Shown: positions 23,294 through 31,334 of the stretch, in pieces
How the letters are laid out: each line of letters begins with the position of its first letter
Position numbering within the stretch: position 1 is the stretch's first letter
Virus record (IMG/VR): IMGVR_UViG_3300037420_000348
Location: 1 to 32,745 of that record
Strand: one strand, 5' to 3'
DNA from: a virus
Lineage: Duplodnaviria; Caudoviricetes
Length of the DNA: 32,745 bases
The notes under the pieces: generated by a model
What the model was told of the DNA's origin: nothing
Databases searched by the model: none
What the model saw: the letters and a program-made list of their open reading frames with translations, nothing else
Position numbers and translations under genes: made by a program

Positions 23294-23502
23294 CTCCGGT
23301 GATTATGTATCTTGTGTTTAGTCTTGTTGTATTCGTCTTGTGTTGCGGCGCAGTCAAAATGGATGGGGATGACGTCACGGTTGGGATGGCAATACTGGCT
23401 GTGTTAATAGCTCTGTGTCCGGGACTTAATGCGGTAGCAGCCCTTCTATCGTTAATCTATATTGTAACTGAAGGCGAGTTTCTTAGTAAGAAATTGTTCT
23501 AA
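23290..23502 (+). CDS. small 2-TM membrane protein (paralog of the previous gene)
   Basis: Hydrophobic; PGLN motif; same length. Confidence 0.75.
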   Translation: MTPVIMYLVFSLVVFVLCCGAVKMDGDDVTVGMAILAVLIALCPGLNAVAALLSLIYIVTEGEFLSKKLF

Positions 23503-23577
23503 TGCGTCCAGCATTCTCTGGACAAAGCCTGCGCTGGCTTAGCGTAATTTAATTTAACTTAAAAAGGAAATACAAAT

Positions 23578-24627
23578 ATGAAACCACGCAATATTAATGC
23601 TCCTGCACGTAACACCGAAAACACTGAACAAAAAGCATACGTACCAATCATTCCTGAAGAGGGTTTGGTGCCTGTTCAAGTTGGCCTGCTCGTTGATCTA
23701 GGCTCGCACAAAAAGCTGCCTAAGTTTGCCAAAGACAATGCCGGCAATCGTGAGAAAGACGAAGACACTGGAGAAGACAAAATCCTGTGGCCGAAAGACG
23801 GCGCTGTAGAACAAAAGATTGCTTGCTACATTGATCTGCTGGACCAGACTCACGACTACGAAGGTGATGTTGGTGTGAAGAATATTCGTCTTCCTCTGCA
23901 CCCTGTCACTCGTGGCATGTCGGAAGGTCTGAACTTCACCACTGTTGCACCTCGTGATCCAAAGACGAACGCGTACATCAAAGGCCGTCCGTGGCTGCTG
24001 GCTAGTACGTCCAACTTCTATAAGATTGCTGGCGTAACGAAGTATGAAGATGGTACGAAAGTGTCTGATGTTATTTTCAAGGCAGAGTACAAGAATGTTA
24101 AACTGAACGACATCTCGCAGCTGCTCGGCAAGCCCTTCATGTTCAATCTGGAAGTAAAGGTGCAAGAGAAGGATGACAAGAAGTTTGTCAATACTAAGCT
24201 GAAGTCTCCCGTGCCGCTTATGAAGGGTATGAAGCCGGAACCTGCAATGATGCTTGCTACATCTGTAAATTTCGATGACGATGATCTGCTGGAAGCAAAA
24301 GATGAACTTGGCGGTATTGCTAAGTTTGATCTGCTGCGTATTGCCGATCTGCGTAAGATTGTTCTGGCTGAAGAGTATGTTGGCTCCAAGATGCAAGAGG
24401 CTGTGATCGAACGCAATGGTAAAGATGGTGAAAAAGAAATCATCGCCAAGGCTAAAGAGATTGCAGAGAAGGTTGTGGAGACGGACAAAGACCTGCAAGA
24501 AATCTTTGCCAAATATCCGAATGGTAAGCCGGGTAGTGATGACACACCGGCTCCAGTGGCTCAGCCGAAGGCACCGAATAAGCCTGCTCCTGATTTCTCG
24601 GATATGGATGATGACGCGCCTTTCTGA
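23578..24627 (+). CDS. putative single-stranded DNA-binding protein
   Basis: Located in the replication module. Pro-rich linker and acidic tail DFSDMDDDAPF; codon usage typical of high expression; followed by a terminator. Confidence 0.7.
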   Translation: MKPRNINAPARNTENTEQKAYVPIIPEEGLVPVQVGLLVDLGSHKKLPKFAKDNAGNREKDEDTGEDKILWPKDGAVEQKIACYIDLLDQTHDYEGDVGVKNIRLPLHPVTRGMSEGLNFTTVAPRDPKTNAYIKGRPWLLASTSNFYKIAGVTKYEDGTKVSDVIFKAEYKNVKLNDISQLLGKPFMFNLEVKVQEKDDKKFVNTKLKSPVPLMKGMKPEPAMMLATSVNFDDDDLLEAKDELGGIAKFDLLRIADLRKIVLAEEYVGSKMQEAVIERNGKDGEKEIIAKAKEIAEKVVETDKDLQEIFAKYPNGKPGSDDTPAPVAQPKAPNKPAPDFSDMDDDAPF

Positions 24628-24657
24628 TCATTTTGACAACATTGTAGCGTGATACAC

Positions 24658-24688
24658 GCCCTGCTCCGCAAGGGGTGGGGCTTTTCTT
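24658..24688 (+). terminator. intrinsic terminator
   Basis: GCCCTGCTCC-GCAA-GGGGTGGGGC followed by TTTTCTT. Confidence 0.75.
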
Positions 24689-24705
24689 ATTAAGGAGGGA
24701 ACTTA

Positions 24706-25473
24706 ATGCAGCACAAGAAAGAACTTGACCAAATCAAACAAGCGGCATCGCACTTCATGCCGAAGGGTGCGCTCATTGCAGGTGGTGCACTTACTAGCGC
24801 ATTCACTGGTATGTCAATTAACGACGTAGATTTCTATTTCAAGACTAAAGAAGATTTCATTGAAGCTGTAGCACAAGCATACGACGAACGTATGTGGTGT
24901 GTTGCTGCTACGGATCGTGCTATCACTTTTGTTGATCGTACGAGCATTATTCAGCTTATGCACTTCGATTTCTTCCCAACTGCTGAAGCTGTGTTCGATG
25001 CATTCGACTACACTGTTGTTATGGCAGCTTATGACATCGACAAAGAAGACTTTGTGTTCCACGAGGATTTCTTCAAACATGCTGCACAACGATTCCTGCG
25101 CTTTCATAGTGGTACTCGCTATCCATATGGTTCACTGATGCGTGTCATCAAGTATCAAGACCGTGGCTATAAGATCGGTAAGAGTGATCTGCTTCGTATC
25201 GGACTTGCTTGCCAAAAGGTTGAGATGAATTCGTGGGAAGACTTGGCCAAAGCGATTGGTGGCCAGTATGGTGAGAAAGCCAATATTGAAAGCGATAAGC
25301 CATTCTCGATTGATGCGGCATTGAACTTGTTTAAAGATGCAGAAGTCACCGTAGCGGAAGGTGGTAAGAACTTCCCTGACAATGCGTATGAACTGCTGAA
25401 GAGTGTTGGTATTGATGCGGAAGAGTATGCCAACGAATGCACGCCTCTTGGGCCTAAGAACTTTTGGGATTAA
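24706..25473 (+). CDS. nucleotidyltransferase-fold protein
   Basis: LIAGGALTSAF....INDVDFYF; IQLM; FDYTVVMAA. Confidence 0.75.
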   Translation: MQHKKELDQIKQAASHFMPKGALIAGGALTSAFTGMSINDVDFYFKTKEDFIEAVAQAYDERMWCVAATDRAITFVDRTSIIQLMHFDFFPTAEAVFDAFDYTVVMAAYDIDKEDFVFHEDFFKHAAQRFLRFHSGTRYPYGSLMRVIKYQDRGYKIGKSDLLRIGLACQKVEMNSWEDLAKAIGGQYGEKANIESDKPFSIDAALNLFKDAEVTVAEGGKNFPDNAYELLKSVGIDAEEYANECTPLGPKNFWD

Positions 25474-25474
25474 T

Positions 25475-26431
25475 ATGACAGAAAAACTAGCCATCATCGA
25501 CGGCGACTTGTTGGCCTACCGTTGTGCAGCAGCTACAGAGAAGCGGAGCGTCATCGCAGCACACAAGGAACATCTTAGCGAGCTTGAGTTTGACACCGTA
25601 ACACTGTTCAAGGAATGGGCAGGCAGTGATGCAGACCAGTACGACTTGAAGCCTGTGCAAACACCTGAACCTATCGCAAACACCATCTATGCGATGAAGC
25701 AGATGATGAAGATGATCTTGGACAAGACTAAATGTGATGCATATCATATTGTTGTGTCTGGACCTAGCGATAGCAATTTTCGTAAGCATCTTCCGCTTCC
25801 AACACAGTACAAGGACAATCGCACTAACATTTCTAAGCCGATCAACCTTGAAGAGGCTAAGCAATATCTTGTGGACAAGCACAATACTGAAGTAGCTGTA
25901 GGCGAAGCTGATGATGCGATTGCGGCTTATAAGTATCAAGGATACCGTAAGAAAGAATACGTTGTGTCCGTAACAATCGATAAGGACGATAACGCCACGC
26001 CCGGCTGGCAATTCAACTGGCTGCACATGGAGGAGCCTGAGTTTGTAGATGGATATGGTAAGCTGTACCTGAACGACAAGAACGAAGTGAAGGGGTACGG
26101 GCGAGTGTTTGCCTATTTTCAAATGCTCTTTGGCGATCCCGCAGATTGCTACAAACCGTCTGAAATTGCTAAGAAGAAATTTGGCGAGAAGGGTGCGTAT
26201 AATCTTCTTAAGGATTGTACTACAGATAAGGAAGCTGTTCAGGCTGTTGTGAGTCAGTACAAGAAATGGTATCCTGAAGAAACCTATTACACTGCATGGG
26301 ACGGATCGCGTCACAAGAAAAGCTGGATGGAAATCTGGCAGATGTATGCCGACTGTGTGCACATGCGCAGGTGGGAAGGTGATAGGTTGGACGTGAAGAA
26401 GCTTTGTGAGAAACTGGAGATTGAAATATGA
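25475..26431 (+). CDS. 5'-3' exonuclease (T7 gp6 / FEN-like)
   Basis: IIDGDLLAY, NFRK....YKDNR, EADD, IDKD, GDPAD. Confidence 0.9.
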   Translation: MTEKLAIIDGDLLAYRCAAATEKRSVIAAHKEHLSELEFDTVTLFKEWAGSDADQYDLKPVQTPEPIANTIYAMKQMMKMILDKTKCDAYHIVVSGPSDSNFRKHLPLPTQYKDNRTNISKPINLEEAKQYLVDKHNTEVAVGEADDAIAAYKYQGYRKKEYVVSVTIDKDDNATPGWQFNWLHMEEPEFVDGYGKLYLNDKNEVKGYGRVFAYFQMLFGDPADCYKPSEIAKKKFGEKGAYNLLKDCTTDKEAVQAVVSQYKKWYPEETYYTAWDGSRHKKSWMEIWQMYADCVHMRRWEGDRLDVKKLCEKLEIEI

Positions 26432-26592
26432 ACAACGAGACAACATTTCCTGTGCTAGTGAAAAACATGAAAGACAATCTTCTAGCTCATATTGAATATG
26501 TTAGGCTTAATGCCCAAATCCAGCGAGCTAAATACGAAGCTTTGCTGGAAGAAGGTTTCACTGAACAACAAGCTTTGGAGCTTTGCAAATGA
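26428..26592 (+). CDS. hypothetical protein (54 aa)
   Basis: Hand-translated MNNETTF...AKYEALLEEGFTEQQALELCK*. Confidence 0.7.
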   Translation: MNNETTFPVLVKNMKDNLLAHIEYVRLNAQIQRAKYEALLEEGFTEQQALELCK

Positions 26593-26804
26593 CTAAGAAA
26601 ATCACTATTGTAACAAACGAAGACGACTGGGAAGGTCTGTACATTGATGGCAAGATTGTTGTGCAAGATCATAAGCTCAGTGTGTATGATGTCCTACTAG
26701 CACTTGATATTATCCCCGAAGATATTACTTGTGACCACGATTGGTTGTTGAGGATAGGCTATCTTCCTAACGATCTTAAAGACGTTGTGGTGCGGGATGA
26801 ATAA
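26589..26804 (+). CDS. hypothetical protein
   Basis: DDWEGLYIDGK motif; ATGA coupling. Confidence 0.75.
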   Translation: MTKKITIVTNEDDWEGLYIDGKIVVQDHKLSVYDVLLALDIIPEDITCDHDWLLRIGYLPNDLKDVVVRDE

Positions 26805-27306
26805 GAAAGACAAAAAGCCTGTCGAATTCTACACTTGGCTGCGCTCTGGCCTACGCAAACTTTCTCGCCGTTGGTCTGCCATCTACGAAGCTTTGGACAA
26901 AGCCAAGGTGCCCTACAAAGGTGACAACAAGCGCCGCAAATGGAGTTACGTGTGTGCTGAGTGTGATATGCTCTTTGAGAGCAAGCAAGTGGCTGTTGAC
27001 CACAAGATTCCTGCTGGCAGCTTGACGTGCAAGGATGACATTGCCGACTTTGTAGAGCGTCTGTTCTGCGGCCCTGAGGGTTTGCAAGTGTTGTGTCATG
27101 AATGCCATGATGTCAAGACGTTGATGGACAAACACGGATACACGAGGGAAGAGGCAAGAGTGCAGAAAGAAGCCATCGCCATCTGCAAAAGCAAAGTGAG
27201 TGACGTCAAGCGATTCTGTTACGGCTACGGCTATACAGATGAGCAACTTAGCAATCCTGATAAGCGTAGGACAGCAGTGGAGCAAATTCTACGCTCTGTA
27301 AAATAG
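26797..27306 (+). CDS. HNH endonuclease (Zn-binding), probably a core replication/recombination nuclease
   Basis: YVCAEC...VDHKIP...LQVLCHECHDVKT. Codon usage like the core genes. Confidence 0.85.
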   Translation: MNKKDKKPVEFYTWLRSGLRKLSRRWSAIYEALDKAKVPYKGDNKRRKWSYVCAECDMLFESKQVAVDHKIPAGSLTCKDDIADFVERLFCGPEGLQVLCHECHDVKTLMDKHGYTREEARVQKEAIAICKSKVSDVKRFCYGYGYTDEQLSNPDKRRTAVEQILRSVK

Positions 27307-27309
27307 GGC

Positions 27310-27338
27310 TTGCAATGGTACAACAACTTGTGTAGAAT
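27310..27338 (+). promoter_or_regulatory. sigma70-type promoter
   Basis: TTGCAA, 17 bp, TAGAAT. Confidence 0.65.
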
Positions 27339-27370
27339 ACGTTCTACAACATTCTTAAGGAGTAACAAGT

Positions 27371-27556
27371 ATGACCAACGAAGTCAGATTCCATTACAAC
27401 GGATTTCGCAGCATCTACACAGCCAAGCTTCAAGACGATTGGTATCGCGTGTATTTTAATGAAGAGTATGTAGCAGCATTTACGAAGGATGAGATGAAGC
27501 ATATGATTGATAGCAAACGTGCACGTATTGTGGAGGAAGATGATGAAGCTGCCTGA
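27371..27556 (+). CDS. hypothetical protein (single copy of a repeat domain)
   Basis: AAGGAG RBS. Resembles the repeats in the next gene. Confidence 0.75.
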   Translation: MTNEVRFHYNGFRSIYTAKLQDDWYRVYFNEEYVAAFTKDEMKHMIDSKRARIVEEDDEAA

Positions 27557-28112
27557 TAAATTTCAGTTCAGAGTGTCTGCCTATCAGGGGTATACCCACA
27601 CTGCTAAACTCAATGCCCACGGTGATTACGAAGTCAAATGGGCTCGTGGGTGGCACTTGGTAGCCGCACAATCTATCGATTGGATTGTAGCTACCGAGAA
27701 CGAAGTTCAGGGTTGGGTGAATGGGGGCGGTTGGCTGATTGTTGATGAACAACCAAAACAAGAGGTACTACCGGATGAGTTTTACTTTGAACATGAAAAT
27801 AAAGACTATTCTGGCAAAGCGTATAGGGAACCTTATGGTTGGACGGTTAATTGGGGTAATGATTGGCCTAATTCATTCTATCACGAGAGCTGGATTTCGC
27901 ATTTCATCAACAAAGGCATGTGGAAAATCGTGGACAAGAAGCCAATCACAGCCGAACAACAACGCCAACTGAATGACTTCAAAGAGCGCGTTGCAGCGCT
28001 TGAGCAGTCTATCAAGCTAAATGAGCAGGATGTAGAGCATAAGAAGCGGCTCATTGCAAACTATGAGAGCACTAAACAGGACTTGCTGAAGAAAATTGAG
28101 GAGATGGCATGA
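27540..28112 (+). CDS. hypothetical protein with two LPD.F.F...W.IVD repeats and a coiled-coil tail
   Basis: GGAGG RBS; internal duplication. Confidence 0.8.
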   Translation: MMKLPDKFQFRVSAYQGYTHTAKLNAHGDYEVKWARGWHLVAAQSIDWIVATENEVQGWVNGGGWLIVDEQPKQEVLPDEFYFEHENKDYSGKAYREPYGWTVNWGNDWPNSFYHESWISHFINKGMWKIVDKKPITAEQQRQLNDFKERVAALEQSIKLNEQDVEHKKRLIANYESTKQDLLKKIEEMA

Positions 28113-28978
28113 TTGAAGCTGAAGATTGGCGCGTAGCTGCTGTGAAGTTGTGCAATACAGGCGTGATGAGCCGACGTGAGATTGCGGAGTTCCTAGGTGT
28201 CGCACGCAGCACATGTCTCGACTATCTCCGCGCGTATTACAAAGAGATGTCTGAATCAGAAGATCGTGTGGTTGAAATGTACGATGAGCCTGCACCAAAA
28301 GATAAGCACGACAACAGCCGTATTCTGTTTATTAGCGATATGCACATTCCGTATCATCATCCAAATACGATTCCGTTTTTGAAGTCGTTGAAAGAACGTT
28401 ACAACCCAACGCGGATCATCTGCCTTGGCGACGAACTTGACAAACATGCATTGTCGTTCCACGATAGCGATCCTGACTTGATGAGTGCTGGTGACGAACT
28501 TTCGGCATCTCTTCCCGTGATTGCGGAGTTGAAAGAGTTGTTCCCTAAGATGGATATCATTGATAGCAATCATGGTTCGATGATCTACCGTAAAGCCAAG
28601 CATCATGGCTTGCCACGGAGATATATTCGCAGCTATAATGAGGTGCTTGGTGTAGATGAAGGTTGGATTTGGCACAACGATCTTACGATTACTTTGCCAG
28701 ATGGTCAGCAAGTGTACATCCATCATGGCAAGAGCAGTGACGCAATTAAGACGAGCCAAGCAATGTCTATGAGTCATGTGTGCGGACACTTCCACGAAAG
28801 CTTTGGTGTGAAGTATTGGGCCAATCCTAACGGGCTGTTCTGGGCGATGAATGCTGGGTGCCTGATTAATGATAAGAGTTTGGCTTACGCTTATAATAAC
28901 AGCAATCTTAAGCGTCCTATCGTTGGGACGGGGCTTGTGATTGATGGTGTGCCTGTTCTAGAGGCTATGCCACTTTAA
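28109..28978 (+). CDS. calcineurin-like metallophosphoesterase with N-terminal HTH
   Basis: HTH MSRREIAEFLGVARSTCLDYL; ISDMH, LGDELD, SNH, HHG, GHFH. Confidence 0.9.
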   Translation: MIEAEDWRVAAVKLCNTGVMSRREIAEFLGVARSTCLDYLRAYYKEMSESEDRVVEMYDEPAPKDKHDNSRILFISDMHIPYHHPNTIPFLKSLKERYNPTRIICLGDELDKHALSFHDSDPDLMSAGDELSASLPVIAELKELFPKMDIIDSNHGSMIYRKAKHHGLPRRYIRSYNEVLGVDEGWIWHNDLTITLPDGQQVYIHHGKSSDAIKTSQAMSMSHVCGHFHESFGVKYWANPNGLFWAMNAGCLINDKSLAYAYNNSNLKRPIVGTGLVIDGVPVLEAMPL

Positions 28979-28985
28979 AGGAAAA

Positions 28986-29204
28986 ATGATGAAACTGGAC
29001 ATTCGATATCCAATCCAAGAAATCAAGCAGATAGATTTTAGCGACGAAAAGACTTACCTGAAAGCATTCGCTATATGCCTAGGCAACAGACCAGGGCAGA
29101 TTGACATTTGCGACAACCACAAATATGTCTCGCTAGATGGAACAGACGTAGAAAACCTCATCAAAGCCCTTCAGAAAGCTGTAGAACTTGGGTGGACGAA
29201 ATGA
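28986..29204 (+). CDS. hypothetical protein
   Basis: ORF track. AAGGA RBS. Confidence 0.75.
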   Translation: MMKLDIRYPIQEIKQIDFSDEKTYLKAFAICLGNRPGQIDICDNHKYVSLDGTDVENLIKALQKAVELGWTK

Positions 29205-29380
29205 CAGAAAAAGAATTTAATATTTGCATTGGCAAAATTCTCGCTGGCAAAGGTCTTAACGAAGAAGATGCTATTAACTTTGTAGAAGACATCAACGAGA
29301 TGCAATCAATGCTTGATGATGGTGATCAAGACGACTACTTTGGCACTGAAGGGTGGCGGCATCGAATGGGTTGGGATTGA
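29201..29380 (+). CDS. hypothetical protein
   Basis: MTEKEFN...DDYFGTEGWRH; ATGA coupling. Confidence 0.7.
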   Translation: MTEKEFNICIGKILAGKGLNEEDAINFVEDINEMQSMLDDGDQDDYFGTEGWRHRMGWD

Positions 29381-29389
29381 GGAGATAAA

Positions 29390-29572
29390 ATGAAAACTCG
29401 TGTATGGAAGTATGGAGATTGGTATTACCCTCAATACAAAGGGCTGGTGTTCTGGAAGTTCTTCTATCAATATGACGATGTTGTAAAGTACAAGAGTAAG
29501 GAAGAAGCTGTAGAACACGTGCTGAACGACAAAGGTGAGAAGTATGAGGAAGTGGTATGGGAGAGCAAATGA
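29390..29572 (+). CDS. hypothetical protein
   Basis: YYPQYK...W motif. GAGGAG RBS. Confidence 0.75.
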   Translation: MKTRVWKYGDWYYPQYKGLVFWKFFYQYDDVVKYKSKEEAVEHVLNDKGEKYEEVVWESK

Positions 29573-30033
29573 ATATTGAAGATCATTACTGCGGCGTGTA
29601 CGCTTTCAACAAAATTGCTGGCAACCTTGCAAATGCTGACGCAAAGAGTGTTGAAGCGCAGATTAAAGTAGTTGTAGAAGAGGTGAAAGAGCTTGAGAAA
29701 GCATTTGCAGAGAAAGACTCTGTGGAGCTTCTTGATGGTGTGTGCGATGCGTTTGTCACTGTTGCAGGGTTGATGCAGCAGATGTCGGCAGCAGGATTTA
29801 ATGTCGACAAGGCTTTGCAACGTGTTTGTGAGAATAACTTGACTAAGTATCCTACTGAAGTTACAAAACAGGAATTGGAGGCCTATCAGTGGAACCTTTG
29901 GACGGTTACGTATAACAAAGAATACGACTGTTATGTTCTGAAGGATGCCAACGGTAAGATTCGTAAGCCAGCAGGTTTCGTATCGGTGGGAATCTCTGAT
30001 CTGGTGCCTGATAATTTCTTTGGGGGGTGTTAA
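29569..30033 (+). CDS. MazG-like / PRA-PH nucleotide pyrophosphohydrolase
   Basis: EEVKEL...ELLDGVCD..V...RVCENNLTK...GKIRKP.GF. Confidence 0.8.
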   Translation: MNIEDHYCGVYAFNKIAGNLANADAKSVEAQIKVVVEEVKELEKAFAEKDSVELLDGVCDAFVTVAGLMQQMSAAGFNVDKALQRVCENNLTKYPTEVTKQELEAYQWNLWTVTYNKEYDCYVLKDANGKIRKPAGFVSVGISDLVPDNFFGGC

Positions 30034-30037
30034 CTAG

Positions 30038-30766
30038 ATGGCTAGAGCAGACGCACCTATAAATCTGGACAAGTGCTTAAAACCGGGTGAGAAATTCAAT
30101 AGGTGGACAATTGTTGGTGTTCATGGAAGGGTTCAGGTCGGGTCGGAGTACTTGGTGGGTTATGATTGTGTTTGTGATTGTGGTTCAGTATCGATCAAGA
30201 CAAGGAACCATCTCGTAGCGGGAACATCTAAATCGTGCGGATGCTTGAGGGGTGAGGTGTCGAGGAATAAGGCCACAAAACACAATCTGCGCAATACAAG
30301 GTCTTATAATGTCTGGTGCCACATGAAGGCAAGATGTGATAACCCACAAAACCAAGCCTTTAAGTATTATGGTGGAAGAGGTATCTCCTATTGCAATAGT
30401 TGGCAAAGTTTTGAGAAGTTTTATGAAGATATGGGGGAAGCTCCAGAAGGTCTTTCTTTAGACCGCATAGACTGTAATGGAAAGTACTGCAAAGAGAACT
30501 GTAGGTGGGCCAACTCTCAGGAACAACGAATCAATCAGAGGCAATTACCACGAAACACATCAGGACGTACCGGAGTCAGTTTCAATATGTCGAAAGGTAA
30601 GTGGTGTGCTGCTATATGCCTTAAAGGTGTAACGTACTATGGTGGATGCTATGAAAATTTCGACGATGCTGTTTCCGCAAGAGAACGTCTAGAAGTTGAA
30701 TACCACGGGCAAGTTCGCCCTAGCAGTTATGAGAAGCAGGAGAAAGATAAAAATGAAAGTAATTAG
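30038..30766 (+). CDS. HNH homing endonuclease with AP2-like domain
   Basis: CDCG..SKSCGC, MKARC, YGGRGI, SLDRIDCNGKYCKENCRWA...Q..N, NTSGRTGV. Confidence 0.9.
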   Translation: MARADAPINLDKCLKPGEKFNRWTIVGVHGRVQVGSEYLVGYDCVCDCGSVSIKTRNHLVAGTSKSCGCLRGEVSRNKATKHNLRNTRSYNVWCHMKARCDNPQNQAFKYYGGRGISYCNSWQSFEKFYEDMGEAPEGLSLDRIDCNGKYCKENCRWANSQEQRINQRQLPRNTSGRTGVSFNMSKGKWCAAICLKGVTYYGGCYENFDDAVSARERLEVEYHGQVRPSSYEKQEKDKNESN

Positions 30767-31334
30767 CGCATATGACCTTTTATTGGCCGAGCCTCTACAA
30801 GACATGAATCAATTTGACCTTGTCCACTTAGACAATTTAGAATTGGTACACAGTGTCCTTGAATTGCTTGGTTTCGACACAACGAAAGCAGTGCATGCCT
30901 ACCCCGCGCAGCATAGGACCATGAAAAACGAGGTGAAAATTGGCTACTTGTTTGCAGGCGAACATAATTTCGCACGAGAGCACATCAAAGGTGGATACAG
31001 TACACTAGAAGATGTTATGCTTGCTGCTCAAGCGCAGGACAAGAGTTTGTATGAAGAACTCTATGCAATGAATTCTCGTTGCTCCGGCTATGGTGGTGAT
31101 CATGCACTTGATGAGAATGTTCCGTCTCGTGTGGACGATGAATACTCGGCAGAAGAACGTAAGATTGCAGAACAGATTCAGCAGCTAGAAGATATTCTGT
31201 TTCATATCCGTGGTAGTCAAACGAATCCGGATGGCAGCTATATGACACTAGAGGACTACAAGAATCCTAAACCTGCGGAGAAGCGCCGGAAGAAGCACAA
31301 GCGTAAAGATAAAGAAGGGAGTGTTAATGAGTAA
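30753..31334 (+). CDS. hypothetical protein (MKVISAYDLL...)
   Basis: ATG 30753 follows AGGAG; basic C-terminal tail. Confidence 0.8.
   Translation: MKVISAYDLLLAEPLQDMNQFDLVHLDNLELVHSVLELLGFDTTKAVHAYPAQHRTMKNEVKIGYLFAGEHNFAREHIKGGYSTLEDVMLAAQAQDKSLYEELYAMNSRCSGYGGDHALDENVPSRVDDEYSAEERKIAEQIQQLEDILFHIRGSQTNPDGSYMTLEDYKNPKPAEKRRKKHKRKDKEGSVNE

Noticed and set aside
23698-26446. Long minus-strand ORFs (23698..24498, 25487..26446 and others)
   Set aside because: Shadow frames of plus-strand genes with biased codon usage.
26797-27306. HNH as a fifth mobile homing endonuclease
   Set aside because: Core-like codon usage, no AP2 or NUMOD domain, and a position beside the exonuclease suggest a resident nuclease.
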